Positions 10,163-18,644 of a DNA stretch of 64,000 bases are shown one piece after another (within the stretch, counting starts at the first letter, position 1; the number at the start of each line of letters is the position of its first letter). Origin of the DNA: Candidatus Omnitrophota bacterium (lineage in GTDB: Bacteria > Omnitrophota > Gorgyraeia > Tantalellales > Tantalellaceae); NCBI GenBank assembly GCA_015231405.1, contig JADGBR010000008.1, positions 25,216 through 89,215 of the forward strand. The letters are read 5' to 3'. The notes under the pieces were generated by a model. The model had not been told where the DNA came from. It was given only the letters and a program-made list of their open reading frames with translations, and did not search any database. A program made the position numbers and the translations under genes.

Positions 10163-10533
10163 TGATAAAGCTGGTGGTTCTGGTGCTTATCGCCGAGATC
10201 TTCACAGCGCTAGGGCAGCTCTTCCTGAAAAAGGGTGTGGATTCTTCATCTTTTAACGGGAAAGAGCACTTGAACGATCCGGCCGGGTTCGCGTGGGATA
10301 TTCTCTCTAAACCCGTTATCTGGGTCGGGGTGGTTTTAATGGCCACGGGGCTTGTTTCATGGCTGGTAGCCCTTGGTAGGGCTGATCTTAACCTGGTGTT
10401 CACTCTGGGAAGCCTTCAGTACCTTCTTATTATGATCCTCGCGCACTTTTATCTGGGTGAAAAGATAAACATCCTGAAACTCACGGGGACTCTGCTTGTC
10501 ATGGCGGGAATGATCCTGGCCGCCGCGGGTTGA
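10162..10533 (+). CDS. SMR/EamA-like 4-TM protein (ArnE/ArnF-like), second subunit
   Basis: TAATG coupling to the previous gene; GQLFLKKG, ADLNLVF, YLGEKI...GTLLV. Confidence 0.82.
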   Translation: MIKLVVLVLIAEIFTALGQLFLKKGVDSSSFNGKEHLNDPAGFAWDILSKPVIWVGVVLMATGLVSWLVALGRADLNLVFTLGSLQYLLIMILAHFYLGEKINILKLTGTLLVMAGMILAAAG

Positions 10534-10546
10534 TCCCGGAATGATC

Positions 10547-11959
10547 TCAGGATACCGCTTTAATTGCTTTTATGAGCGCTTCCTCGAACAAGTCCATGCC
10601 GAGATCCATCTCTTTTTCCGTGATGTAGAGCGACGGAGCGAGAGTGAATACGTTCTTGTAATACCCCCCGACGTCAAGGATCAGTCCTCTTTTCTTGCCG
10701 CCGCTTTTGAGCTTCCCGCTCAAGCCTAAGCCTGCTACGGCGTCCGTAAGAGCTTTGTTCGGGGTATATCCGTCCTTTTGGCAGATCTCGACCCTTATTG
10801 CCAGGCCGATCCCTTCTACATCACCTATTTCGGGATAACGCCTCTTCATGTCGTTTAAACGCGACATGAGATATTCTCCTTTCCGGGGTACGGAAACTGA
10901 GAAATCGGACTCCTCTATAAGTTTCATCGACTCAAGTGCCACCGCCGTCCCTAGAGGGTTAGAGGAAAAAGTGGAATGAGTGGATCCCGGAGGGAAAACC
11001 GTCGGCGAAATGAGCTTTTCTTTGGCCCATATGCCCGAGAGGGGGTTAAGGCCGTTCGTCATGGCCTTTCCGAATACGAGTATATCGGGGGTAACGTCAA
11101 AATGTTCTATCGCCCAGAATTTGCCGGTCCGGTAAAACCCCATCTGTATCTCGTCGTCGACAAGAAGGATATTGTACCGGTCGAGAAGTTTTTTGAGACC
11201 CTTGAAATAACCGGCGGGAGGAGCTATGTATCCGCCCGTCCCCTGGATCGCCTCTATAAAGAACGCGCCGCATTCGGATTTACCGGTCTTATTGTTCACA
11301 AAAGAGTAATATTCAGTTTCGAAAAGTCGTTCGAACTGTTTCAAACAGAACATGTCGCAGGAATCCTTATGTTTCTGGTAGGGGCACCTGAAGCAGTAGG
11401 GATACGGTATGAAACAGGCCCTGTCCGCGAAATGTCCGAACCTTTCCCTGTATCTGTAGCTCGAGGTTATGGCGCTTGCTCCGAGGGTCCTGCCGTGATA
11501 CCCGCCCATGAAGGCGAACACCATGCTCCTCGAAGTGTGGTTGCGCACTACTTTTATGGAGTCTTCGACGGCCGCCGATCCTCCGACGTTGAAATGGACC
11601 CTTCCCTTTTCTTTGAATGTATTTTCCATGAGCCGGGCTATGCTGGCTGCCAGGAGTATCTTTTCCTCGTGCAGGTACTGGCAAGCGAGCTGTGGGAGTT
11701 TGTCTATCTGTTTTTTGAGCGCTGTATTCAGCCTTCTATTCCCGTATCCGAAATTAGCGGCCGAGTACCACATCTGGAGGTCAAGGTATTCCGTTCCGGT
11801 CATGTCGTAAAGAAAACTTCCGGAGGCCCTTTCGAACATGGTCAGTTCGTCGGAATAATGGACGGTGTCGCCCCATGAACAGTATTTAGCCTCTAATTTG
11901 AGCAGTTCGGTTTCTGTGAGCCGCCCGTTCTTCGGTGCAATTTTTTGTTTTGCGGTCAT
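10547..11959 (-). CDS. Class-III PLP-dependent aminotransferase
   Basis: GGYHGRT, EAIQGTGG, DDEIQMGFYRTG, FGKA (PLP lysine), STF. Start set at ATG 11959 (MTAKQK) with a GGAG RBS. Confidence 0.9.
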   Translation of the reverse strand: MTAKQKIAPKNGRLTETELLKLEAKYCSWGDTVHYSDELTMFERASGSFLYDMTGTEYLDLQMWYSAANFGYGNRRLNTALKKQIDKLPQLACQYLHEEKILLAASIARLMENTFKEKGRVHFNVGGSAAVEDSIKVVRNHTSRSMVFAFMGGYHGRTLGASAITSSYRYRERFGHFADRACFIPYPYCFRCPYQKHKDSCDMFCLKQFERLFETEYYSFVNNKTGKSECGAFFIEAIQGTGGYIAPPAGYFKGLKKLLDRYNILLVDDEIQMGFYRTGKFWAIEHFDVTPDILVFGKAMTNGLNPLSGIWAKEKLISPTVFPPGSTHSTFSSNPLGTAVALESMKLIEESDFSVSVPRKGEYLMSRLNDMKRRYPEIGDVEGIGLAIRVEICQKDGYTPNKALTDAVAGLGLSGKLKSGGKKRGLILDVGGYYKNVFTLAPSLYITEKEMDLGMDLFEEALIKAIKAVS

Positions 11960-12644
11960 TAAAGTCTCCGTTCGTGAACGTCCGGTACACGTCACCAAGG
12001 TCGTTGAAAGGCACGCAAGTCTTATTGTTTTTCCGGAACTTAGCGAGAAGTGCCGCTTTAGCGAAAACAAGATCCGAATGTTCGGCGGGGCATACGTCCG
12101 AAAGGCCGTCGCCGACATAAGCAATTATATTATTCCCGGAACGGTATTGCAATAGATGAAAATGTTTACAGTTCCCGCAGCGGGGGCATATCCTGTTCTT
12201 TTTAGTGAACGCCGCGGTAAGGCCCTTTTTGCTGAATTTAAGCGTGTTTGCGTGGACCTTTAATCCGGTTATGCCGTTGTTCTTTAGTATGATCTTTATG
12301 ATGAAGGAGAAATTGTCACTTGCTATAACGACAGGAACGCCTTGTTCGCGAAGAAAGGAAATTAAACGCACAAAAAAAGGATCCAGCTTTACATGGAAAA
12401 GAAATTTCGTCAGTCGGGCTTTTGAGACGCTGACCAGGCTAAGCTGTCCTTTGAGGCATTCTCTTGACCCGATCTTCCCTGTGGACCAGGCTTCCTCGAT
12501 ATCGACCCATTTGTTCGAGACGGAAAAGCGCTTGATGATATCGTCAAGAACGTCCGAAATGGTTATGGTGTTGTCAAAGTCAATAAGAACGGTAGTCCGG
12601 CGAAGATCGATATTGCCGGGGCGCTTTCGTTTTGACATGCTCAT
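11886..12644 (-). CDS. MtnX-like HAD-IB phosphatase
   Basis: DFDNTIT (motif I), ASD, CxxCGNCK, YVGDGLSDVCPAxHSDLVFAK. Confidence 0.88.
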   Translation of the reverse strand: MSMSKRKRPGNIDLRRTTVLIDFDNTITISDVLDDIIKRFSVSNKWVDIEEAWSTGKIGSRECLKGQLSLVSVSKARLTKFLFHVKLDPFFVRLISFLREQGVPVVIASDNFSFIIKIILKNNGITGLKVHANTLKFSKKGLTAAFTKKNRICPRCGNCKHFHLLQYRSGNNIIAYVGDGLSDVCPAEHSDLVFAKAALLAKFRKNNKTCVPFNDLGDVYRTFTNGDFNDRKTKNCTEERAAHRNRTAQIRG

Positions 12645-13555
12645 TTCTTGTCCCCGCCGTTTATCCGGTCGTAAAAGGTTCTCATGAGTTCGGTAACTTT
12701 ATCTCTTTCCTGGTCCGCGGTTATGATATGGTATGAGTCATAAAGAAGATGCATTTCTTTTGTTTTCGAGCCGAGCCTCTCGTATATGATCCCGGAGCTC
12801 CTTATATGCGACACATCGTCGTCCTTGGCCTGGATAAGCTGTACCGGAATTGTTATGCGGGGAAGCCGCTTTAACAGATATTTCGCCAGAAGGCGGATCT
12901 GGTGCAGCTGGCTGACGGGAAAGAACGGGTATCCGTATTTGGCGATGTTCCCGGGGTCATGGTCGGTTATGCCGGTTTTAGTGTAGAAACGGTGGATAAA
13001 ATTACGTATCCTTTCGTTCTTGATCCCGTACGGCGGGTCTTCCTTAAAATAAAAAAAGTATTTAAGCGGGGTGTGATAACCCAGGGGGAGCAAAAATTTC
13101 GTCCATGGGGCGTTCCACCCGTCATAGTAAACGGTGGGTGCGAGGCATGAAACCCCTGCAATTTTGTCCGGAAATTCTTCAGCCAGGAGTAAAGCCAGGA
13201 GAGCCCCCATAGATAGTCCTGCGACGAAAACCCGTTCCGAGCGCTTGACGGCGTCGTTATTCAGGTAAGCCTCCCGTATGGAAGCGTAAAAATCCTGCCA
13301 CTTCGCCATTTTGAGCACCCGGAGGGTTTCACCGTGATATGCCAGTCTCGGACAGATAACGCTGTATCCCTGCTTATTGAAAAAAATCGCCAGAGACCTC
13401 ATTTCGTTCGGGGTGCCGGTAAGGCCGTGTATCAGAAAAAGGGAGTAACCGTTTGAGCCTTCCATAAAGATACCGGCATTATGGTTCGCCGGTCCTTTCG
13501 TTAAGGAAGCTTTGGACTTTTTGAAATTAAGATCGAGATGGAAGACTATTGACAC
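12641..13555 (-). CDS. Alpha/beta-hydrolase (carboxylesterase-like)
   Basis: HGLTG oxyanion loop, GLSMG nucleophile elbow, D in KDDD and H in SYHIIT. Confidence 0.88.
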   Translation of the reverse strand: MSIVFHLDLNFKKSKASLTKGPANHNAGIFMEGSNGYSLFLIHGLTGTPNEMRSLAIFFNKQGYSVICPRLAYHGETLRVLKMAKWQDFYASIREAYLNNDAVKRSERVFVAGLSMGALLALLLAEEFPDKIAGVSCLAPTVYYDGWNAPWTKFLLPLGYHTPLKYFFYFKEDPPYGIKNERIRNFIHRFYTKTGITDHDPGNIAKYGYPFFPVSQLHQIRLLAKYLLKRLPRITIPVQLIQAKDDDVSHIRSSGIIYERLGSKTKEMHLLYDSYHIITADQERDKVTELMRTFYDRINGGDKK

Positions 13556-13633
13556 GATAGTTTGAGATTATAACAGACTCAAGGGATAAATATACAAAAA
13601 ATATTCGACAAGGGCCCCAGATGAATTTAACAA

Positions 13634-13661
13634 TTTACATTTAAAGAAAAAGTGATACAAT
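13634..13661 (+). promoter_or_regulatory. Putative sigma70 promoter (extended -10) for the zinc-finger gene
   Basis: TTTACA-16 nt-TACAAT preceded by TGn. Confidence 0.55.
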
Positions 13662-13766
13662 CATACCAAGGTATTCATCATCAAAGAAGACGACTTGTCT
13701 TTATGCGCGAGGGGATGTCCCGGGTGATGGTGATGGAGAGCTGTAAGAAGTAGAAAAGGAGAAAAA

Positions 13767-13934
13767 ATGTGTGGATTTAACCAAGGCGGATTCAAAAGGG
13801 ACTTTGGCCCCAAGGAAATGCATAAAGCTGTTTGCGGCTCATGCGGGAAGGAATGCGAAGTTCCTTTCAAGCCGTCCGGAGACAGGCCCGTTTATTGCAA
13901 AGACTGCTATAAACCCAAAAAAAGAAGCTATTAA
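13767..13934 (+). CDS. Small CxxC-x17-CxxC zinc-ribbon protein (55 aa)
   Basis: Missed by the ORF track. MCGFNQGGFKRDFGPKEMHKAVCGSCGKECEVPFKPSGDRPVYCKDCYKPKKRSY; AAGGAG RBS. Confidence 0.92.
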   Translation: MCGFNQGGFKRDFGPKEMHKAVCGSCGKECEVPFKPSGDRPVYCKDCYKPKKRSY

Positions 13935-13946
13935 GTCTTAAAACAG

Positions 13947-14000
13947 AAAAAGCGTTCAGCGGCTGGCTGGGTAATAAAGCCATCGTTGAACGCTTTTTTT
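13947..14000 (+). terminator. Intrinsic (probably bidirectional) terminator
   Basis: AAAAAGCGTTCAGCG...CGTTGAACGCTTTTTTT stem followed by a U-tract. Confidence 0.75.
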
Positions 14001-14076
14001 GTTTTATCCCCGGTAATCCTATTATGAGATCCCTCGACTCTCTTTCGTCATCGTTGATATATCCCCGGATGGATCG

Positions 14077-14112
14077 CCGTCATCGCGAGGAGCAAAGCGA
14101 CGAAGCGATTTC
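14077..14112. repeat. REP-like element, half copy
   Basis: CCGTCATCGCGAGGAGCAAAGCGACGAAGCGATTTC matches the left arm of the 5824 element. Confidence 0.7.
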
Positions 14113-14143
14113 AACAAAAAAATAATTACACAAAAATATTCAT

Positions 14144-14178
14144 TAGACAATAAAAATAAAGTGCAATATAATATTACA
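14144..14178 (+). promoter_or_regulatory. Sigma70 promoter with overlapping putative TetR operator
   Basis: TAGACA-17 nt-TATAAT; the imperfect palindrome TGCAATAT-A-ATATTACA covers the -10. Confidence 0.6.
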
Positions 14179-14202
14179 GTCAACATAACAGATGGGAGGG
14201 GG

Positions 14203-14853
14203 ATGGAGAAGAAAGAATATACATTACGCGAGAAAAAATTCGCCAGGACCAAGATAGCTCTTATGAACGAGTTTATCGCCCGTATGAAGGCTTCACGGTT
14301 CGACGACATATCCATTCAGGAAATATGTAAAAACGTAGAAGTATCCGACGGCACTTTCTTCAATTACTTTCCCGAGAAGGTCGATATAGTCAATTATTAC
14401 AGGCAGCTCTTTTTCCTTAATATCGTGTGGAAGGCCCGCAAAGAGACCCCGGCCGGTAAATATCTCGCTTTGATAAACTGCGCTTTCGAGAAACTGGCCC
14501 AAGGGCAGGATAATTTGAACATCGTTCATCAGATCCTTTCGATCATGCTGGTGCAAAAAGGGAAACCCGGAACGGTCAATATCTCAGATATAGAAAAACA
14601 TCTCGCTTTTCCGGATTGCGAGGGGATAGAGGAGATGCAGATCGTTTTTATAGATGTGTTCTTCGAGGAATGCCTGATAGGTGCGGTAAAGAACGGGGAA
14701 CTCCCAGAGAACGCCGATATCGACGATATCCTTATCTCTCTCCTAGCCATAATGGGCGGGACGGTATTGGCCGCAAAGCTCCGGAACGTCAAGGACAGGA
14801 AATATCATTATTCGCGTCAGTTGAAGTTACTTTGGAAAGGGTTAGGGGGGTAG
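14203..14853 (+). CDS. TetR/AcrR family regulator
   Basis: LREKKFARTK...FDDISIQEICKNVEVSDGTFFNYFPEK helix-turn-helix; GGAGG RBS before ATG 14203. Confidence 0.9.
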   Translation: MEKKEYTLREKKFARTKIALMNEFIARMKASRFDDISIQEICKNVEVSDGTFFNYFPEKVDIVNYYRQLFFLNIVWKARKETPAGKYLALINCAFEKLAQGQDNLNIVHQILSIMLVQKGKPGTVNISDIEKHLAFPDCEGIEEMQIVFIDVFFEECLIGAVKNGELPENADIDDILISLLAIMGGTVLAAKLRNVKDRKYHYSRQLKLLWKGLGG

Positions 14854-14860
14854 GCGTAGC

Positions 14861-16174
14861 ATGGGGCGATTTGCGGTATCGGTATTTTTATTGTTCTCTT
14901 TTTCTGCTATCAGTTTCGCCGAAGGCCAGAAGACATCGATCACTATCGATGAAGGGATCAGCCGTGTGCTTAAAGACAGCCGTTTGTTGAAAATAGAGAT
15001 AGCCGGCGCGGATATGTCGTTCGAGGACACGCTCCTCGCCCTGTCTAAGCTTCTTCCTCATATAAGCGCGAGCATCAATAAAACATACAACCAGTACACC
15101 CCCGAAATGCTAACCGGGCTTTCCAGGATGCCCACGGGGGAGAAGGAACCCCTGGCCTACGGAATAGACGTTTATCAGACCTTATTCGACTTCGGTAAAA
15201 GCATTTCAAGCTATAAAGCGTCGACCGAGGTCCTTAAAGCGCGTAAAGCAAATATCGAAACCGTCAAAAGGACGGTAACTCTCGATTTTATATTCTCGTA
15301 TTTTGATCTCCTTGAAGCTGAAAAAATGATATCTGTCGCCGAGAGAGAGATAGAGAGCCTTACTTCGTACCTGAAAGACATGAACTCTCTTTTTGACGAG
15401 GGCGTGATAGTTAAGAACGATCTTTTAGCCGCCAAGGTAAGGCTTGCCGATGCCAGGCAGAAACTTACGGTTTCCAGGAGTTTAAGGGAACTTGCCGCCG
15501 CGCGGCTGAATACCGTCCTTACCTTGCCGCTCTCCGGAGATATCACTGCCAGCGAGGTCGAATTGGATATCCCGGAATTACCCGCTATGGAGGACGCCTT
15601 TCGATCAGCCCAGAACCAGAGACCTGAGATATCTTTCTTCGAGGGAGAGATAAGGGCTTCCATAGCGAGAGAACGCGCCTATGCCGCCGGGAATCTTCCG
15701 GCTATTTTCGCCGACGGCGGTTACAGGTATGGCGAGAACAGGCATATGGCCCATGAGGATAACGCCTATATCCAGCTTGGCGCCAAAATGGATTTGTACG
15801 ACGGGGGAGTTACCGGTGCTCTTGTCATGAAAGAGAGGAAGGACCTCGAGCGGCTTAAAGAACAAAAAGTTAAGCTGGTCGAGGATATAAAGTATGAGGT
15901 CAAAAGCAGCATTCTAGCTTTGAACGACGCCCGTGAAAAACTGGACGTAGCCAACGAGGCGTTCGCGCAATCTGAAGAGAATGTCCGGTTTTACCGTATA
16001 AAATTCAATAACGGCGTCGCGACCTCCACGGATGTTCTTGAAGCCATAACTCTTGAGACAAGGGCCGAGACCAACTATTACACCGCCGACTATGAGTTGA
16101 AACGTTCCTACGCGAAACTGTTATATTCAATGGGGAAAGATATGACCACGATCTATAAAAAAACGGAGAAATGA
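14861..16174 (+). CDS. TolC-family outer-membrane efflux protein
   Basis: Signal peptide, two OEP repeats (QTLFDFG; GVATSTDVLEA). Confidence 0.9.
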   Translation: MGRFAVSVFLLFSFSAISFAEGQKTSITIDEGISRVLKDSRLLKIEIAGADMSFEDTLLALSKLLPHISASINKTYNQYTPEMLTGLSRMPTGEKEPLAYGIDVYQTLFDFGKSISSYKASTEVLKARKANIETVKRTVTLDFIFSYFDLLEAEKMISVAEREIESLTSYLKDMNSLFDEGVIVKNDLLAAKVRLADARQKLTVSRSLRELAAARLNTVLTLPLSGDITASEVELDIPELPAMEDAFRSAQNQRPEISFFEGEIRASIARERAYAAGNLPAIFADGGYRYGENRHMAHEDNAYIQLGAKMDLYDGGVTGALVMKERKDLERLKEQKVKLVEDIKYEVKSSILALNDAREKLDVANEAFAQSEENVRFYRIKFNNGVATSTDVLEAITLETRAETNYYTADYELKRSYAKLLYSMGKDMTTIYKKTEK

Positions 16175-16177
16175 TAT

Positions 16178-17044
16178 ATGGAACAAGCTAAAGGAAAGAA
16201 TAAAAAATTCATGGCTGTGCTCATTTTAGGGTTCATAACGGCCGGCGGGTTCGTAGGCTTTCACATCCTGAACAATTTAGGCCAGGTCAGTACCGACGAC
16301 TCGTATATTACCGGCAGGATCCACAGTATAGCCCCCAAGATCCCCGGGACCGTTAAAGCCGTTCTTGTTGAAGATAACCAGGCGGTTAAGAAAGGCGACC
16401 TGATCATCGAGATAGACCCGGTCGATCACTCCCTGCAAGTCGGGGAAGCCCAGGCTATGGTGGGGGTCCGCGAGGCGGGGTTCGAACAGGCCGCCCGGGA
16501 TATGAAAAGGTCAGAGGCACTTTATAAGGACGGCGTATTCTCCCGGGAAAAGTTTGAAAATGCCGCGACAGCCAACAATTTGGCCCAGGCACAGCTGAAC
16601 GCGTCAAGGGAACAGCTTAGGATCGCCCAGCGCAATCTTGAATATACGAAGATCTATTCGCCCACGGACGGTTATGTCACGGGCAAATCCGTAGAGGAGG
16701 GCAACCAGGTCCAGCCGGGCCAGCCGCTTTTCGCGGTCGTGGCGCTTGACGATATATGGGTAGTGGCTAATTATAAGGAAACGCAATTAAAGGACGTTAA
16801 AAGGGGACAGAGGGTCAGGATAAAAGTGGACACGTACGCGGGTAAGGTATTTACCGGCAAAGTCGACAGCATTATGGCCGGGACAGGCGCGGCTTTCTCT
16901 CTTTTTCCTCCTGAGAACGCTTTGGGCAATTATGTTAAAGTCGTACAGCGCATACCCGTCAAGATAGTGTTCGATAAGACAACGGATGACGGCCACGCGC
17001 TCAGGATAGGGATGTCCTCAATCGCTTCCATCGACACTAAATGA
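16178..17044 (+). CDS. emrA: EmrA/HlyD membrane fusion protein
   Basis: STDDSYI, VVANYKETQL, GTGAAFSLFPPENALGNYVKVVQRIPVKI. Confidence 0.9.
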   Translation: MEQAKGKNKKFMAVLILGFITAGGFVGFHILNNLGQVSTDDSYITGRIHSIAPKIPGTVKAVLVEDNQAVKKGDLIIEIDPVDHSLQVGEAQAMVGVREAGFEQAARDMKRSEALYKDGVFSREKFENAATANNLAQAQLNASREQLRIAQRNLEYTKIYSPTDGYVTGKSVEEGNQVQPGQPLFAVVALDDIWVVANYKETQLKDVKRGQRVRIKVDTYAGKVFTGKVDSIMAGTGAAFSLFPPENALGNYVKVVQRIPVKIVFDKTTDDGHALRIGMSSIASIDTK

Positions 17045-18582
17045 ATACCACTAACAAATGGCTCATAACCTTATCGGTGCTCCTGCCGACGCTTCTTGAA
17101 GTCATCGATACCTCGGTAGTGAACGTATCCCTGGACCATATCCGGGGAAGCCTCTCCGCCGGTCTCGATGAAGCCACCTGGACGATCACCGCGTATCTCG
17201 TATCGAACGCCATCATCATCCCTTTAACGGGTTGGATGAGCCGTATTTTCGGGCGAAAGAGATACCTGATAGCTTCGGTGGTATTGTTCACCGTGAGTTC
17301 ATTCCTGTGCGGGATAGCCAATAGTTTGACGGCGCTCGTTTTTTTTAGGATACTTCAGGGGATAGGCGGCGGCGCGCTTCAGCCCATTTCTCAGTCGATA
17401 CTACTGGAATCGTTCCCTCCCGCCCAATACGGCATGGCTATGGCCATGTTCGGCGTCGGCATCATGTTCGGCCCGATAGTCGGCCCGGTAATGGGCGGCT
17501 GGATAACCGATAACTGGTCATGGCGGTGGATATTCTTCATTAATATCCCGATAGGTATCTTCTCGGTCGGGATGCTCATGAAGTATATTAAAGACCCGCC
17601 ATATCTGAAAAGGATAAGTATCAGGGAGAAGATGGATATCTGGGGGTTGGCTTTCATAGTTCTCGGAGTAGGGTGTTTGCAGGTAATACTTGATAAGGGC
17701 CAGCGTGAAGACTGGTTCTCTTCCGATCTTATAATGCGCCTTGCCATTATATCGGCGCTTTCGCTCATCGCTTTCATTATCGTGGAACTTAGGACAAAAG
17801 ACCCGATATTGAACCTCCGTGACCTGAAGGATATCTCCTTCGCGAGCGCCAATATTATACAATTCTGCGCTTTTTTCGTCCTTTTCGGCAGCATTGTGCT
17901 TCTGCCGCTTTTTCTCCAATCGCTCATGGGATATACGGCTTTTCTGGCCGGATTTGTCCTGGCCCCCGGCGGTGTGGCGACGCTTTTCGTCATGCCTATC
18001 GTCGGGAAAATGGTCACAAAGACAAACCCCAAGTGGATACTTTTTTGCGGGCTTCTTATGAACGCGTATTCCATGTACACGATGACCCAATTCAATCTCA
18101 ATATTGACATGGATATGGCCATATGGTCCAGGATAATCCTGGGGATCGGCATGGGGATGACCTTTGTGCCTTTGACGAGCCTCGCTTTCCGCACGATAAA
18201 GAAGGAGGAGATGGCTAACGCCACCTCGATATTCAGTCTCCTCCGTAATATCGCCGGAAGTTTCGGCATCGCCGCCATGACGACCCTACTCGCCAGAAGA
18301 GCGCAAGTTCACCAGTTACATTACGCCGAAAAGCTTACCCCGTACGATCCCCATTACCAGATGGCCATGTCCAAGGCGACCGCCGCCATGACCGCCAAAG
18401 CCGGAACCGCCGCCCCCATGGCCGCGAAAGGACTCATCTATCAGCAACTTATGGAACAATCCACCCTGTACGCCTTCATTGATGCCTTCTACGTTGCCTT
18501 CATAATAATCCTCTGCGTCGCGCCCCTGGTATTCTTCCTGAAAAGGTCAAAATCTTCCGACGTTAACATAATGGCGCACTGA
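17041..18582 (+). CDS. emrB: DHA2 family MFS efflux pump
   Basis: DTSVVNVSL, WTITAYLVSNAI, RILQGIGGG, GPxxGGWITDNWSWRWIFFINIP; 14-TM pattern. Confidence 0.92.
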   Translation: MNTTNKWLITLSVLLPTLLEVIDTSVVNVSLDHIRGSLSAGLDEATWTITAYLVSNAIIIPLTGWMSRIFGRKRYLIASVVLFTVSSFLCGIANSLTALVFFRILQGIGGGALQPISQSILLESFPPAQYGMAMAMFGVGIMFGPIVGPVMGGWITDNWSWRWIFFINIPIGIFSVGMLMKYIKDPPYLKRISIREKMDIWGLAFIVLGVGCLQVILDKGQREDWFSSDLIMRLAIISALSLIAFIIVELRTKDPILNLRDLKDISFASANIIQFCAFFVLFGSIVLLPLFLQSLMGYTAFLAGFVLAPGGVATLFVMPIVGKMVTKTNPKWILFCGLLMNAYSMYTMTQFNLNIDMDMAIWSRIILGIGMGMTFVPLTSLAFRTIKKEEMANATSIFSLLRNIAGSFGIAAMTTLLARRAQVHQLHYAEKLTPYDPHYQMAMSKATAAMTAKAGTAAPMAAKGLIYQQLMEQSTLYAFIDAFYVAFIIILCVAPLVFFLKRSKSSDVNIMAH

Positions 18583-18644
18583 TCATGTGAAGAGAATTTT
18601 TTTTAGTTCGCCATGAAGGGTTAACTCTGGTAGAATTAACCGTA

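Noticed and set aside
10976-11878. 300-aa ORF on +
   Set aside because: Antisense shadow of the aminotransferase; no motifs.
13661-13870. 69-aa His-rich ORF on -
   Set aside because: Antisense to the zinc-finger gene and its leader.
14026-14040. GAGATCCCTCGACTC, reminiscent of a second REP-type arm
   Set aside because: 15 nt, single copy, no partner arm.
17391-18278. 295-aa ORF on -
   Set aside because: Antisense shadow of emrB.
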